Assembly: GCA_021324235.1 (NCBI GenBank)
Contig: JAJPJM010000153.1
Location: 471-64,470 of the forward strand
Direction: 5' to 3'
DNA length: 64,000 nt
From: Verrucomicrobiota bacterium
GTDB taxonomy: Bacteria; Verrucomicrobiota; Verrucomicrobiia; Limisphaerales; UBA11358
The notes under the pieces were generated by a model. It made no database searches, was not told where the DNA came from, and was given only the letters and a program-made list of their open reading frames with translations. Both the position numbers and the translations under genes were made by a program. Below, one piece after another: positions 13,916-22,283 of this stretch (its first letter is position 1; each line of letters begins with the position of its first letter).

Positions 13916-14886
13916 TTACCTTGCGCCAAAAGCGCAAATCCGTTATTCCAGCCGTTAAACCCGGCTGGATGAACGAAGTGCTGAAACGTATGTGGTCACG
14001 GGGACTGGTCATCGCCCTTTTAGGTTTCGCTGTGTTCCTGGCGCCGAACGCGAAATCAGCAGGGTCCATGGGCACGGGCGAATCCAGCGTCCGGGTGTTC
14101 GCCGCCCAGGGAGTGGTGCGCGAATTCAGTTCCGGGGATCACACGGTCACCATCAGCCATGAGGCGGTGTCCAATTACATGGATGCCATGACCATGCCGT
14201 TCAAGGTCAAGGATCTGAAGGAATTGGCCGGCCTGCATCCCGGTGACCAGGTCACTTTCCGCCTGCACGTGACGGCGACGGAAAGCTGGGTGGATCAAAT
14301 CATCCGCATCGGAGCGGTTCCGGTAAGCGAAAGCAAACCGCCAGCGGCGGAACCGCAACCCGTTAGTGGTCGAAATCCGCTGTGGTACTACAAATTCACC
14401 AATGAATTGGGACAGGCGGTGAGTTTGAGTGATTTTCACGGACAGGCGCTGGCCGTGACCTTCATTTACACCCGTTGTCCCCTGCCGGATTACTGTCCGC
14501 GTTTGTCCCGGAATTTTCAGGAAGCGTCGCAAAAGCTCGATTCCCTGGCCGGTGCCCCGACCAACTGGCATTTCCTTTCCGTTTCTTTTGACGCCCAATT
14601 CGACACGCCGGCGGTGTTGCAAGCTTATGGGAAAAGTTATCAATACGACCCGGCGCACTGGAGTTTCCTGACCGGCCCGCAGGACAAAATCGCCGAACTC
14701 GCCCGATTATCGGGCGTGCATTACGAGTCCGACGACGGACTGATTAATCACAACTTCCGTACCCTGATTGTGGACGGCAACGGCCATTTGCAGACGGTTT
14801 TTCCGATCAGCGGGGACTTTTCCGATTCCATTGTGGCGGAGATGATCAAAGCCGCGGCCGTGACCAATCCACCCGCGGAACGTTGA
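13912..14886 (+). CDS. SCO1/SenC-family copper chaperone with an N-terminal CusF-like metal-binding domain
   Basis: FIYTRCPLPDYCP is the thioredoxin-fold CxxxC of SCO proteins. N-terminal HEAVSNYMDAMTMPFKV resembles CusF. GTG 13912 overlaps the upstream stop; an alternative ATG lies at 13969. Confidence 0.8.
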   Translation: MITLRQKRKSVIPAVKPGWMNEVLKRMWSRGLVIALLGFAVFLAPNAKSAGSMGTGESSVRVFAAQGVVREFSSGDHTVTISHEAVSNYMDAMTMPFKVKDLKELAGLHPGDQVTFRLHVTATESWVDQIIRIGAVPVSESKPPAAEPQPVSGRNPLWYYKFTNELGQAVSLSDFHGQALAVTFIYTRCPLPDYCPRLSRNFQEASQKLDSLAGAPTNWHFLSVSFDAQFDTPAVLQAYGKSYQYDPAHWSFLTGPQDKIAELARLSGVHYESDDGLINHNFRTLIVDGNGHLQTVFPISGDFSDSIVAEMIKAAAVTNPPAER

Positions 14887-15698
14887 AACTCATGGTCAAC
14901 GCGACGAAACGCGGGATGAAGCCGGGGTCCATGGTACTCATCATCGCGACCCTGGGGACCGCGGCCGCGGCCGCTTTTTTTTTGAATGCTTGTTCCACCA
15001 CGCCCGGCGCGGTGATGGTGCCCCTCGAAATTCCCGGCGCGCATTATGTCGGAAACCGGGCCTGCATGGATTGTCACGCGGAGATCGTCCGGGAATTCCC
15101 GGGCAGCCCGCATGCGCGGGTTCATTTTGAAAATGCGGCGATGGCCGGCGGGACTGGCTGCGAGTCCTGTCATGGCCCCGGCAGCAAGCACATCGAATCC
15201 GGCGGCAACGCAACCTTCATCCTCAATCCCGGCAATGATCCCGCCTCCTGTTTCCAGTGCCATCTGGATGTTCAAGGCCAGTTCAATCTGCCGCAGCATC
15301 ATCCGGTCATCGAGGGGCACATGAGTTGCGTGTCGTGCCATGACCCGCATGGCGGCGACATTTTCAAACCGCGCGGCGGGCTGGCCATGGCCCGGCAGGA
15401 CGAGAGTTGCGCGCAATGCCATCGCGAACAAACGCGTCCGTTTGTGTTTGAGCATGAGGCCCTGCGTGAGGGATGCACGGTCTGCCACGACCCGCACGGC
15501 TCGATCAATCAGAAGATGCTTACCGAAAGCGACCCGAATCTTTGCCTGCGTTGCCATGCCCAGATGCAACCGGCGCCCGGTCTCATTTTCATCGGCAACA
15601 CCGACCACACCGCCTTCCTGCAAATGGGCACCTGCTGGACGGCGGGATGCCATACGGCGATCCACGGCTCCAATGTGGACCCCCGATTGAGGTATTGA
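14883..15698 (+). CDS. Multihaem c-type cytochrome lipoprotein (7 CXXCH + 1 CX4CH)
   Basis: Lipobox-like FFLNAC. Haem motifs: CMDCH, CESCH, CFQCH, CVSCH, CAQCH, CTVCH, CLRCH and CWTAGCH. C-terminal ..CHTAIHGSN resembles MtrA/DmsE-family ends. Alternative ATG at 14892. Confidence 0.85.
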   Translation: MKLMVNATKRGMKPGSMVLIIATLGTAAAAAFFLNACSTTPGAVMVPLEIPGAHYVGNRACMDCHAEIVREFPGSPHARVHFENAAMAGGTGCESCHGPGSKHIESGGNATFILNPGNDPASCFQCHLDVQGQFNLPQHHPVIEGHMSCVSCHDPHGGDIFKPRGGLAMARQDESCAQCHREQTRPFVFEHEALREGCTVCHDPHGSINQKMLTESDPNLCLRCHAQMQPAPGLIFIGNTDHTAFLQMGTCWTAGCHTAIHGSNVDPRLRY

Positions 15699-15707
15699 AC
15701 GTGAAAT

Positions 15708-18125
15708 GTGATGCATGAAATAGAAACAACCTCCAGCGGCCGCGCCAGCGCCAGTCGCCTCCCGGGCCTCACGTTTCACGTTTCGCTGGTTATTTTCGCC
15801 TCCGGTTTTTCACTCTCCGCGGCGGAAACCAACACCGTGAAATTGCCTCCACCGGCCCGCGGGGAAATTGTTTTCGACCGCGATATCCGGCCCATTCTCG
15901 AAACTTCCTGCGTCCGATGTCACGGCGGGGAAAAGCCGAGAAGCCACTTCCGGCTCGATGACCGCGCGGCGGCCATCGGCGGCGGCGATGAAAACACCAA
16001 CGACATTGTTCCCGGAGACAGTGCCGACAGTCTGTTGATCCCGTACGTGGCGCGGCAGGTAAAAGACATGGAGATGCCGCCGATGGGCAGGGGCAGTCCG
16101 CTGACCCCGGAACAAATCGGCCGGCTGCGCGCGTGGATTGACCAGGGCGCGAACTGGAGCACGACGAATCCGGCGGCCCAACTGGCCTTTACCTTCGCCC
16201 CCACGCTGCGCGGGATTGACGTTCAGGGCGACAAGTCAAAATTTCGCGAGTTGCAGGGCGTGAACGACGGATTTTCCGGCGGCGTTGACGGGTTTTCGTT
16301 TGTCCAGCAAACCAGTCCCACCGAAAAATTCTCGCTCAGCGGGCATGTCATCGCTCCCGATCGGGACTACCGATTGAAGCTGGCGGTGGATGAAACGGAT
16401 CAAGGTTTCATTCATGCCGGCTTTGATGAATGGCGGAAGTATTATGATGACAGCGGCGGGTACGATTCGACGGTGGTGCCGCCGCAGTTGAGTTTGAACC
16501 AGGATTTATACGTGGACAACGGCCGGGTCTGGGTTGATTTCGGCCTGACCCGGCCGCGCTGGCCGCAAATCGTGCTGGGCTACGAATACGATTACAAAAA
16601 GGGCACCGAATCCACGCTGGATTGGGGTGAATCGGGCGGCGTCAACATCGCCCCGGCGACGAAGGCCATCGACGAACAGACACAGATCCTCAAGCTCGAC
16701 GTGACGCACGATTTCGACGACTGGCATCTGGAGGACAACGCGCAGGTCGAATTTTACAGCGAAAACAATCGCGGCTATGTAACCAGCGTTTTTCAACAGG
16801 GTGGCGGTACCACCAGTGGCACCACCTACACGTCGGATGATTACCATCATGTGCAGGGCATGAATACGTTGATGCTCGAAAAGCAAATCCGCGACTGGTG
16901 GTCTTTGTCGGGCGGTTACTACTATTCGAAACTGGACGGCAGCGATATTTTCAGCCAGACCAACAGTCCGAATTTTGAGGGTTCCAGCCCGTCTTCCTGG
17001 AACAGCGGTGAAATCACCCTGCGGCGCGAATCGGAGATTTTCAGCGTGGCCAGTCTCTTTCTGCCGCTGGAATATTTGAGTTTCTCGCTCGGCACGCAAA
17101 ACGAATGGACACACCAGGAAGGTTTTGGCGACAGCGTTCCCGATTTCGAATTGGGCAACAACAACTCCGCTTTCTCGGATTACGATGAGTTCAAAGCCTC
17201 CCAGAACGCGAACCTGCGCTTCACCAAAATTCCCTATACCGTCCTTTTTGCCGACGGGCGGTTTGAAGAAGGCAGCATTGACGAATCCCAACTGGAAGGC
17301 GACGCGCAGTTGACCAACCAGACCGATGTGACCAGTGAACGTTACGATCTTCGGGCGGGTTTTAACACCTCGCCCTGGTGCTGGATGGCCTGGAACGTGG
17401 AGTATCAGCGGCAATATAGCGACGCGGATTACAACCACCTCACCGACTGGTTTGTCAGCCCATTTGGCGATCCGTTCTTCGGCGCCCCGGCCAATGGTTA
17501 TCCGGCGTTCATTCTCAACCGGAAAATCCAAAGCGATGGGGTTGAAACCAGACTTGCCTTGCGCCCGCTCAACTGGCTGAGTGCGGCGCTGACCTATCAG
17601 ATCAATGCGACGGAATATTCCTCCCGAACAGATCCCAATCCGGTCGCATTGCTCGGGGCTCCCTTTGGTGGCCCCATTGATGACGGGCGGTATCGGGCAC
17701 AGACCTGCGGTTTGAGCGCCACGTTGACGCCATTCCGGCGATTTTACTTTTCCGGCTCATTCACCTACACCCATTCGCTCACCGTCACGTCCGACAACGG
17801 CGTCACCTCCGTGGTGCCTTATCGCGGGGACATTTACACCCTGATGAGCGCCGCGGCTTACGCGTTGAACGCCAAAACCAGCCTGCAGGCCACCTACAGT
17901 TTTTCCGACGCCGGTTACGGGCAAAACAATGCCGGGGCAGGTGTGCCGCCCGGCCTGGATTACACGCACCACGTTTTGCTCGTGGGTTTGACGCGGCAAC
18001 TTACCCAAAATCTTTCCGGAACGTTGCACTATGAGTTTTCCCGGTATTCCGAACCCAGCAGCGCCCACCTGAACGACTTCACTGCCCACGGTGTTTTCGC
18101 GACGCTGGTTTACAAATGGCCCTGA
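15708..18125 (+). CDS. Fusion of a monohaem cytochrome c domain (PSCyt1-like) with a large predicted outer-membrane beta-barrel
   Basis: Signal peptide, then FDRDIRPILETSCVRCHGGEKPRSHFRLDD..MEMPPMG. About 650 aa follow with an alternating aromatic/polar strand pattern (YSFSDAGYGQ, LSGTLHYEFSRYSE), ending GVFATLVYKWP. Confidence 0.65.
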   Translation: MMHEIETTSSGRASASRLPGLTFHVSLVIFASGFSLSAAETNTVKLPPPARGEIVFDRDIRPILETSCVRCHGGEKPRSHFRLDDRAAAIGGGDENTNDIVPGDSADSLLIPYVARQVKDMEMPPMGRGSPLTPEQIGRLRAWIDQGANWSTTNPAAQLAFTFAPTLRGIDVQGDKSKFRELQGVNDGFSGGVDGFSFVQQTSPTEKFSLSGHVIAPDRDYRLKLAVDETDQGFIHAGFDEWRKYYDDSGGYDSTVVPPQLSLNQDLYVDNGRVWVDFGLTRPRWPQIVLGYEYDYKKGTESTLDWGESGGVNIAPATKAIDEQTQILKLDVTHDFDDWHLEDNAQVEFYSENNRGYVTSVFQQGGGTTSGTTYTSDDYHHVQGMNTLMLEKQIRDWWSLSGGYYYSKLDGSDIFSQTNSPNFEGSSPSSWNSGEITLRRESEIFSVASLFLPLEYLSFSLGTQNEWTHQEGFGDSVPDFELGNNNSAFSDYDEFKASQNANLRFTKIPYTVLFADGRFEEGSIDESQLEGDAQLTNQTDVTSERYDLRAGFNTSPWCWMAWNVEYQRQYSDADYNHLTDWFVSPFGDPFFGAPANGYPAFILNRKIQSDGVETRLALRPLNWLSAALTYQINATEYSSRTDPNPVALLGAPFGGPIDDGRYRAQTCGLSATLTPFRRFYFSGSFTYTHSLTVTSDNGVTSVVPYRGDIYTLMSAAAYALNAKTSLQATYSFSDAGYGQNNAGAGVPPGLDYTHHVLLVGLTRQLTQNLSGTLHYEFSRYSEPSSAHLNDFTAHGVFATLVYKWP

Positions 18126-18874
18126 ACCCGGTTCGCGGCCCACATCAACCGCAGTCCTTCGAGCGTCAGGTTCGGTTCGACGGCGGAAATCTCCGGCAGT
18201 TTTGAGGCCATCAATCGCGCGTAACCGCCCGTGGCGACCACCGGCAGACGTTGGGTCCGCAACTCGCGCTTCAGTTCCGCGATCAACTCGCGCACCAGTC
18301 CACGATAGCCATGTACCGCGCCAACCAGCATCGCTTGTTCCGTGTTTTTGCCGATGACGGCGGTCACTTCACGAATCCGGATTTTGGGCAGCAACGCCGT
18401 TTTCTCGTGCAAATAATCCGTCATGGCGGCCAATCCCGGCGCGATAATGCCGCCGGCGTAGTGACCGGCGCGATTCACGACGTCAAACGTCACGGCCGTG
18501 CCAAAGTCCACCACCACCACCGGCGCGCCGAAATGGTGCCGCGCCGCGACCGCGTTGGCCAGCCGGTCGGGACCGATGGTGTCGGGTTCCGGATAATCAA
18601 TGCCTAAACCACGCAATGATCGGGCCGTAAGTTCCAGCGCGTTTATTTTCCAAAACCGGCGAATGGCGCGGTGAACCAACGGCGTCACGCGCGGCACAAC
18701 ACTGCACAGGACCGCGCCCTCGATTTTTTTGGCGCCGACCAATCGGGCCACTCCCGCTTTGGCGTTTCCGCCGGCCCATGCGCCCGTGGGCAGGTTGATT
18801 TGCCGCAACACGCGCCCGTCGTTTGCCAGGCCGGCGTGCGTGTGCGTATTGCCAATGTCAAAAAGCAGAATCAT
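18110..18874 (-). CDS. coaX: Type III pantothenate kinase
   Basis: MILLFDIGNTHTHAGL N-terminus and VVVDFGTAVTFD motif. The 3' end overlaps the convergent gene by 16 nt. Confidence 0.9.
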   Translation of the reverse strand: MILLFDIGNTHTHAGLANDGRVLRQINLPTGAWAGGNAKAGVARLVGAKKIEGAVLCSVVPRVTPLVHRAIRRFWKINALELTARSLRGLGIDYPEPDTIGPDRLANAVAARHHFGAPVVVVDFGTAVTFDVVNRAGHYAGGIIAPGLAAMTDYLHEKTALLPKIRIREVTAVIGKNTEQAMLVGAVHGYRGLVRELIAELKRELRTQRLPVVATGGYARLMASKLPEISAVEPNLTLEGLRLMWAANRVQGHL

Positions 18875-19848
18875 TTCTCCAAGGTGACGTCACCGCCGTT
18901 GATGCGTTCCAGGTGGCCGTGTTCGGTCCGCAACAGCAGCTCGCCGCTTTCGCCGAGCGATTCCGCCCGGCCCCGCAGGCGTCGGTCGCCGATTTGAATG
19001 GTCACGTCCCGGCCGATGGTTTTGCAATGCGCCTCCCATTCATCCGCGATTTCGGCGAATCGGCCGCTGCCCACGCGTACGTAATCGTTGTCCAGTTCGC
19101 TGAGAATGGCCGTGGCCAGGTCCGCGCGCGAAACCGGCCGGCCCGTTTCAATTTTCAGCGACGAGGCCTGCTTGCGCAGATCCGCCGGAAATTCACCCGT
19201 CCCCAGGTTCACGTCCACGCCGATGCCGAGGATGACATGCTTGACGCGGTCCAGTTCCGCACTGAGCTCGGTCAGCACGCCCGCGACTTTCTTTCCACCC
19301 ACCAGGATGTCGTTCGGCCATTTGATTTCGGGATGCAGGCCGGTTTCGGAGGCGATGGCGCGGCGCAGGGCCGTGGCCGCCAACACGGTCAATTGGGTGG
19401 CTTCCTGCGGATGCAGCTCCGGTCGCAGCAACACGGAAAACCAAAGCCCCTTGTAGGCGGGCGAAAGCCATTTCCGCCCCAGCCGGCCGCGGCCCTTGGT
19501 TTGCGATTCCGCGAATACCACCACGCCTTCCTTCACCCCGTCGCGCGCCAGCTTGTCAATCACGTCGTTGGTCGAGGTGGTCTGCTCAAACACCCGGATG
19601 TCCCGGCCAACGACCTTGGTTTTGTAAAGACGCGCCAGCAAATCGTCGGCGTGCAGCACATCCGGCACACTGACGAGGCGGTAGCCGAGGTGCGGGCCGG
19701 CCTCGATGTCGTAACCAAGCCGGCGTAATTCCTCGATGTGCGCCCAAATGGCGGTGCGGCTGATGTGCAGTTGCTCGGCCAGGTCCGCGCCCGACACGCC
19801 ATCGGGGTTGGCCCGCAGGGCCGAAAGAATTTTGGCGTCCGTGGTCAT
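18871..19848 (-). CDS. birA: Bifunctional biotin operon repressor / biotin-[acetyl-CoA-carboxylase] ligase
   Basis: N-terminal HTH (VSGADLAEQLHISRTAIWAHIEELR) and the ligase motif GRGRLGRKW. 4-nt overlap with coaX. Confidence 0.9.
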   Translation of the reverse strand: MTTDAKILSALRANPDGVSGADLAEQLHISRTAIWAHIEELRRLGYDIEAGPHLGYRLVSVPDVLHADDLLARLYKTKVVGRDIRVFEQTTSTNDVIDKLARDGVKEGVVVFAESQTKGRGRLGRKWLSPAYKGLWFSVLLRPELHPQEATQLTVLAATALRRAIASETGLHPEIKWPNDILVGGKKVAGVLTELSAELDRVKHVILGIGVDVNLGTGEFPADLRKQASSLKIETGRPVSRADLATAILSELDNDYVRVGSGRFAEIADEWEAHCKTIGRDVTIQIGDRRLRGRAESLGESGELLLRTEHGHLERINGGDVTLEK

Positions 19849-19853
19849 CCGCT

Positions 19854-20795
19854 TTAATCCTCAAAATCCAGACCAATGTCCACCGCGCGGGCGGAATGCG
19901 TGAGCGCACCGACGGAAATGAAATCCACACCGCTCCCGGCAATGGCATGGACGTTCGCCGGATTCACCCCGCCGCTGGCCTCGGCCCGGGCGCGGCCTTT
20001 GATTTTTTGCACGGCCAGTCGTAATTGGATCAGGTTCATGTTGTCGAGCAGAATGATGTCTGCGCCCGCCTCGACGGCCTGTTCGACCTGCTCCAGGGTG
20101 TCGGTTTCGACCTCGATTTTCAATTGCGGAAACCGGCTGCGCGCGCGCGCCACGGCGGCGGCGATGGCGTTCGGTTTTTCATCGCACAGGGCGGCGAGAT
20201 GGTTGTCCTTGATCAGGATCAGGTCGGACAGGTTGAGCCGGAGATTTTTTCCGCCGCCGCAGGTGACGGCATATTTTTCAAACCGCCGCCAGCCGGGCGT
20301 CGTTTTGCGGGTGTCGAGGATCTGCGCCGGGGTCCCTTTGACGGCGTCGACGAATTGCGCGGTCAGCGTGGCGATGCCCGAAAGCCGTTGAACAAAATTC
20401 AGCGCCACACGCTCGGCGCTCAAAAGGGGGCGCGCCGGGCCGGAAAGGCGCAGCAGAACATCATCGGTTTTCAGGGACTGTCCGTCCCGGGCGAGCCGTT
20501 CGATTTTCACCGCGGACGAAAGTTCGCCAAAGGCGGCTTCAGCGAAGGCGAGTCCGGCGACGACGAGTGGTTCACGGGCGCGCATGACGGCCCGGGCGGT
20601 CGCGGTTTCCGGCACCGTGGCGAGCGTCGTCACATCGCCGCTCCCGATATCCTCGGCGAGGGCGAGTTGGACGGCTTGACGGACTTCGGCGATGGACAAT
20701 TCCACACGGTCAGGATGACGGTGAAAGGAAAGGGGGAAAAGAAAAAATGGGCGGTGGGAAGGTTGCGAAGGGGCTCCGGGATCAATGACTGGCAT
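19854..20795 (-). CDS. nadC: Nicotinate-nucleotide pyrophosphorylase (quinolinate phosphoribosyltransferase)
   Basis: ALAEDIGSGDVTT and KDNH motifs. The annotated ATG 20795 adds about 30 non-conserved residues; the alternative GTG at 20705 is equally plausible. Confidence 0.85.
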   Translation of the reverse strand: MPVIDPGAPSQPSHRPFFLFPLSFHRHPDRVELSIAEVRQAVQLALAEDIGSGDVTTLATVPETATARAVMRAREPLVVAGLAFAEAAFGELSSAVKIERLARDGQSLKTDDVLLRLSGPARPLLSAERVALNFVQRLSGIATLTAQFVDAVKGTPAQILDTRKTTPGWRRFEKYAVTCGGGKNLRLNLSDLILIKDNHLAALCDEKPNAIAAAVARARSRFPQLKIEVETDTLEQVEQAVEAGADIILLDNMNLIQLRLAVQKIKGRARAEASGGVNPANVHAIAGSGVDFISVGALTHSARAVDIGLDFED

Positions 20796-21132
20796 TCAGG
20801 GAGAAGAATTCCTCAGCCAATGCATCCACATTTTCCGCGGCTTCGGTGTTGGGTTGGGTTGCCAAAACCAGCAGCGCGCCGTCCGGTCGCGGGAACAGAA
20901 AGATTTGGCCCTGCTCAAAGGTCCAGGTCAGCCGGCGGGGTGCCAGTCCCTGGCCGGCCAGGGTGGCCGTGGTCTCCGCCAATTGGTGCAGAATCTGATC
21001 CAAACCCTCGCGCGGGCACAGTTCATTGAAGCTGTAACTCAGGCAGGTGGCATCGGGCAGGCGCATGCCGCAGCCCAGCATCCCGGACGCGATGGCGCCG
21101 GTGGCAAGCCATTCCTGCAAGGTGTCATTCAT
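20782..21132 (-). CDS. Small hypothetical protein, possibly Roadblock/LC7 (MglB-like) fold
   Basis: ORF 20782..21177(-); start moved to MNDTLQEWL. Its pattern (..RRLTWTFEQGQIFLFPRPDGALLVLAT..) is similar to the C-terminal part of the upstream response regulator. Confidence 0.45.
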   Translation of the reverse strand: MNDTLQEWLATGAIASGMLGCGMRLPDATCLSYSFNELCPREGLDQILHQLAETTATLAGQGLAPRRLTWTFEQGQIFLFPRPDGALLVLATQPNTEAAENVDALAEEFFSLNASH

Positions 21133-22192
21133 TGGATTGCCTTGCGGTTTTTTCACTGCCGGAGGAGACCCGTACAAAGACCATGCGGTCGGTTTTCACC
21201 TGCGCGACCGCCCGGCTGTCCGCGAGCTGGATTTCCAGCCGATCGAAATTTCCCAGGGGTATTAACTGGCTGAGCGACGCCGCCTGTTGCGCCACGTTTT
21301 GCAGCAATGTTATCCGGGCAGACGTGTTCGGGCATTGCCAGGCGTACAGTGGCTCGCCCTGACCTGAACAAATCAAAGTCTCCTCAACCTGCGCGGCCAG
21401 GTCAGCTGCCAGGGCGGACGATTTATCCGCCGGAGCCGGCCCCGGTGCGGAAGCAGGCCCGTTCGCCGACGCCTGCGCCGCGATGGTTTCGTCGCGTACG
21501 CGCGCGGATTCCATGAGCAAAAATTCCCATTGACCATCGATGCTGCGTTTGGGCGGCAGTTCGAATGGGTGCAATTGAAATTCGCCACTGGGGAGGGACA
21601 ACAGCTCGTAGAAGGCGTTTTCGCCGACCCGATCGCCGGCCTGGGCGTGGATAATCCGGCCGTCTTCGATGTAAACCCGGCCGCGCAACTGCTGGTTGTG
21701 GATTTCCAGGATGGACGAGTTGCGCCCGAGGCATTCCATTTGAATGACATCCTGCAAACCGACCCGGCGCAACACACCCTGGAAGCCTTCCCGCGGCGTC
21801 CAGGTGATCAATTCCTCCAGCATGATGAAGATGGACCTCAACCCTTCGGGCGAGCGCGGTTTTTCAATGAACAATTCGGCGCCCTCGGCCAGGCACGCGG
21901 AACGCTTCTCCTCGGTGGCGTTGGCGGTAATCACCGCTTTCTTCAAATCGGGATGGCTCCGGTTCAGGATGTGGAGGAATTGAATGCCATCGAGCATCGG
22001 CATGTTGACATCCGATACCACCAGGTCAATTTTGCGGACCTTCAGCAGCTCCAGCGCTTGATCCGCGGAGGTGACGCAGTGGATTTGCCAGATTTTTTCA
22101 CCCAGGGAGGCAAAGAAATCCTGGATCATGGCGAGAAAATCGCCGTCATCGTCCACGAATAAAAGCTGATATTGTTTTGCCGGTGCGTTCAC
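21125..22192 (-). CDS. Response regulator receiver fused to a DUF4388 (PatA-type) domain and a C-terminal roadblock-like segment
   Basis: REC domain (LLFVDDDGDF..DLVVSDVNMPMLDG..KAVITA). Then GVLRRVGLQDVIQMECLGRNSSILEI..GRIIHAQAG..GENAFYELL, typical of DUF4388. Confidence 0.7.
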   Translation of the reverse strand: MNAPAKQYQLLFVDDDGDFLAMIQDFFASLGEKIWQIHCVTSADQALELLKVRKIDLVVSDVNMPMLDGIQFLHILNRSHPDLKKAVITANATEEKRSACLAEGAELFIEKPRSPEGLRSIFIMLEELITWTPREGFQGVLRRVGLQDVIQMECLGRNSSILEIHNQQLRGRVYIEDGRIIHAQAGDRVGENAFYELLSLPSGEFQLHPFELPPKRSIDGQWEFLLMESARVRDETIAAQASANGPASAPGPAPADKSSALAADLAAQVEETLICSGQGEPLYAWQCPNTSARITLLQNVAQQAASLSQLIPLGNFDRLEIQLADSRAVAQVKTDRMVFVRVSSGSEKTARQSNE

Positions 22193-22283
22193 TGTTCGCT
22201 CGAAAATTTACAGGATAATACCGCAATTCCCGTACCGGAGGCTGCCACTACCGGGCACAAAACACCACCCTTTCCGACGGGTC

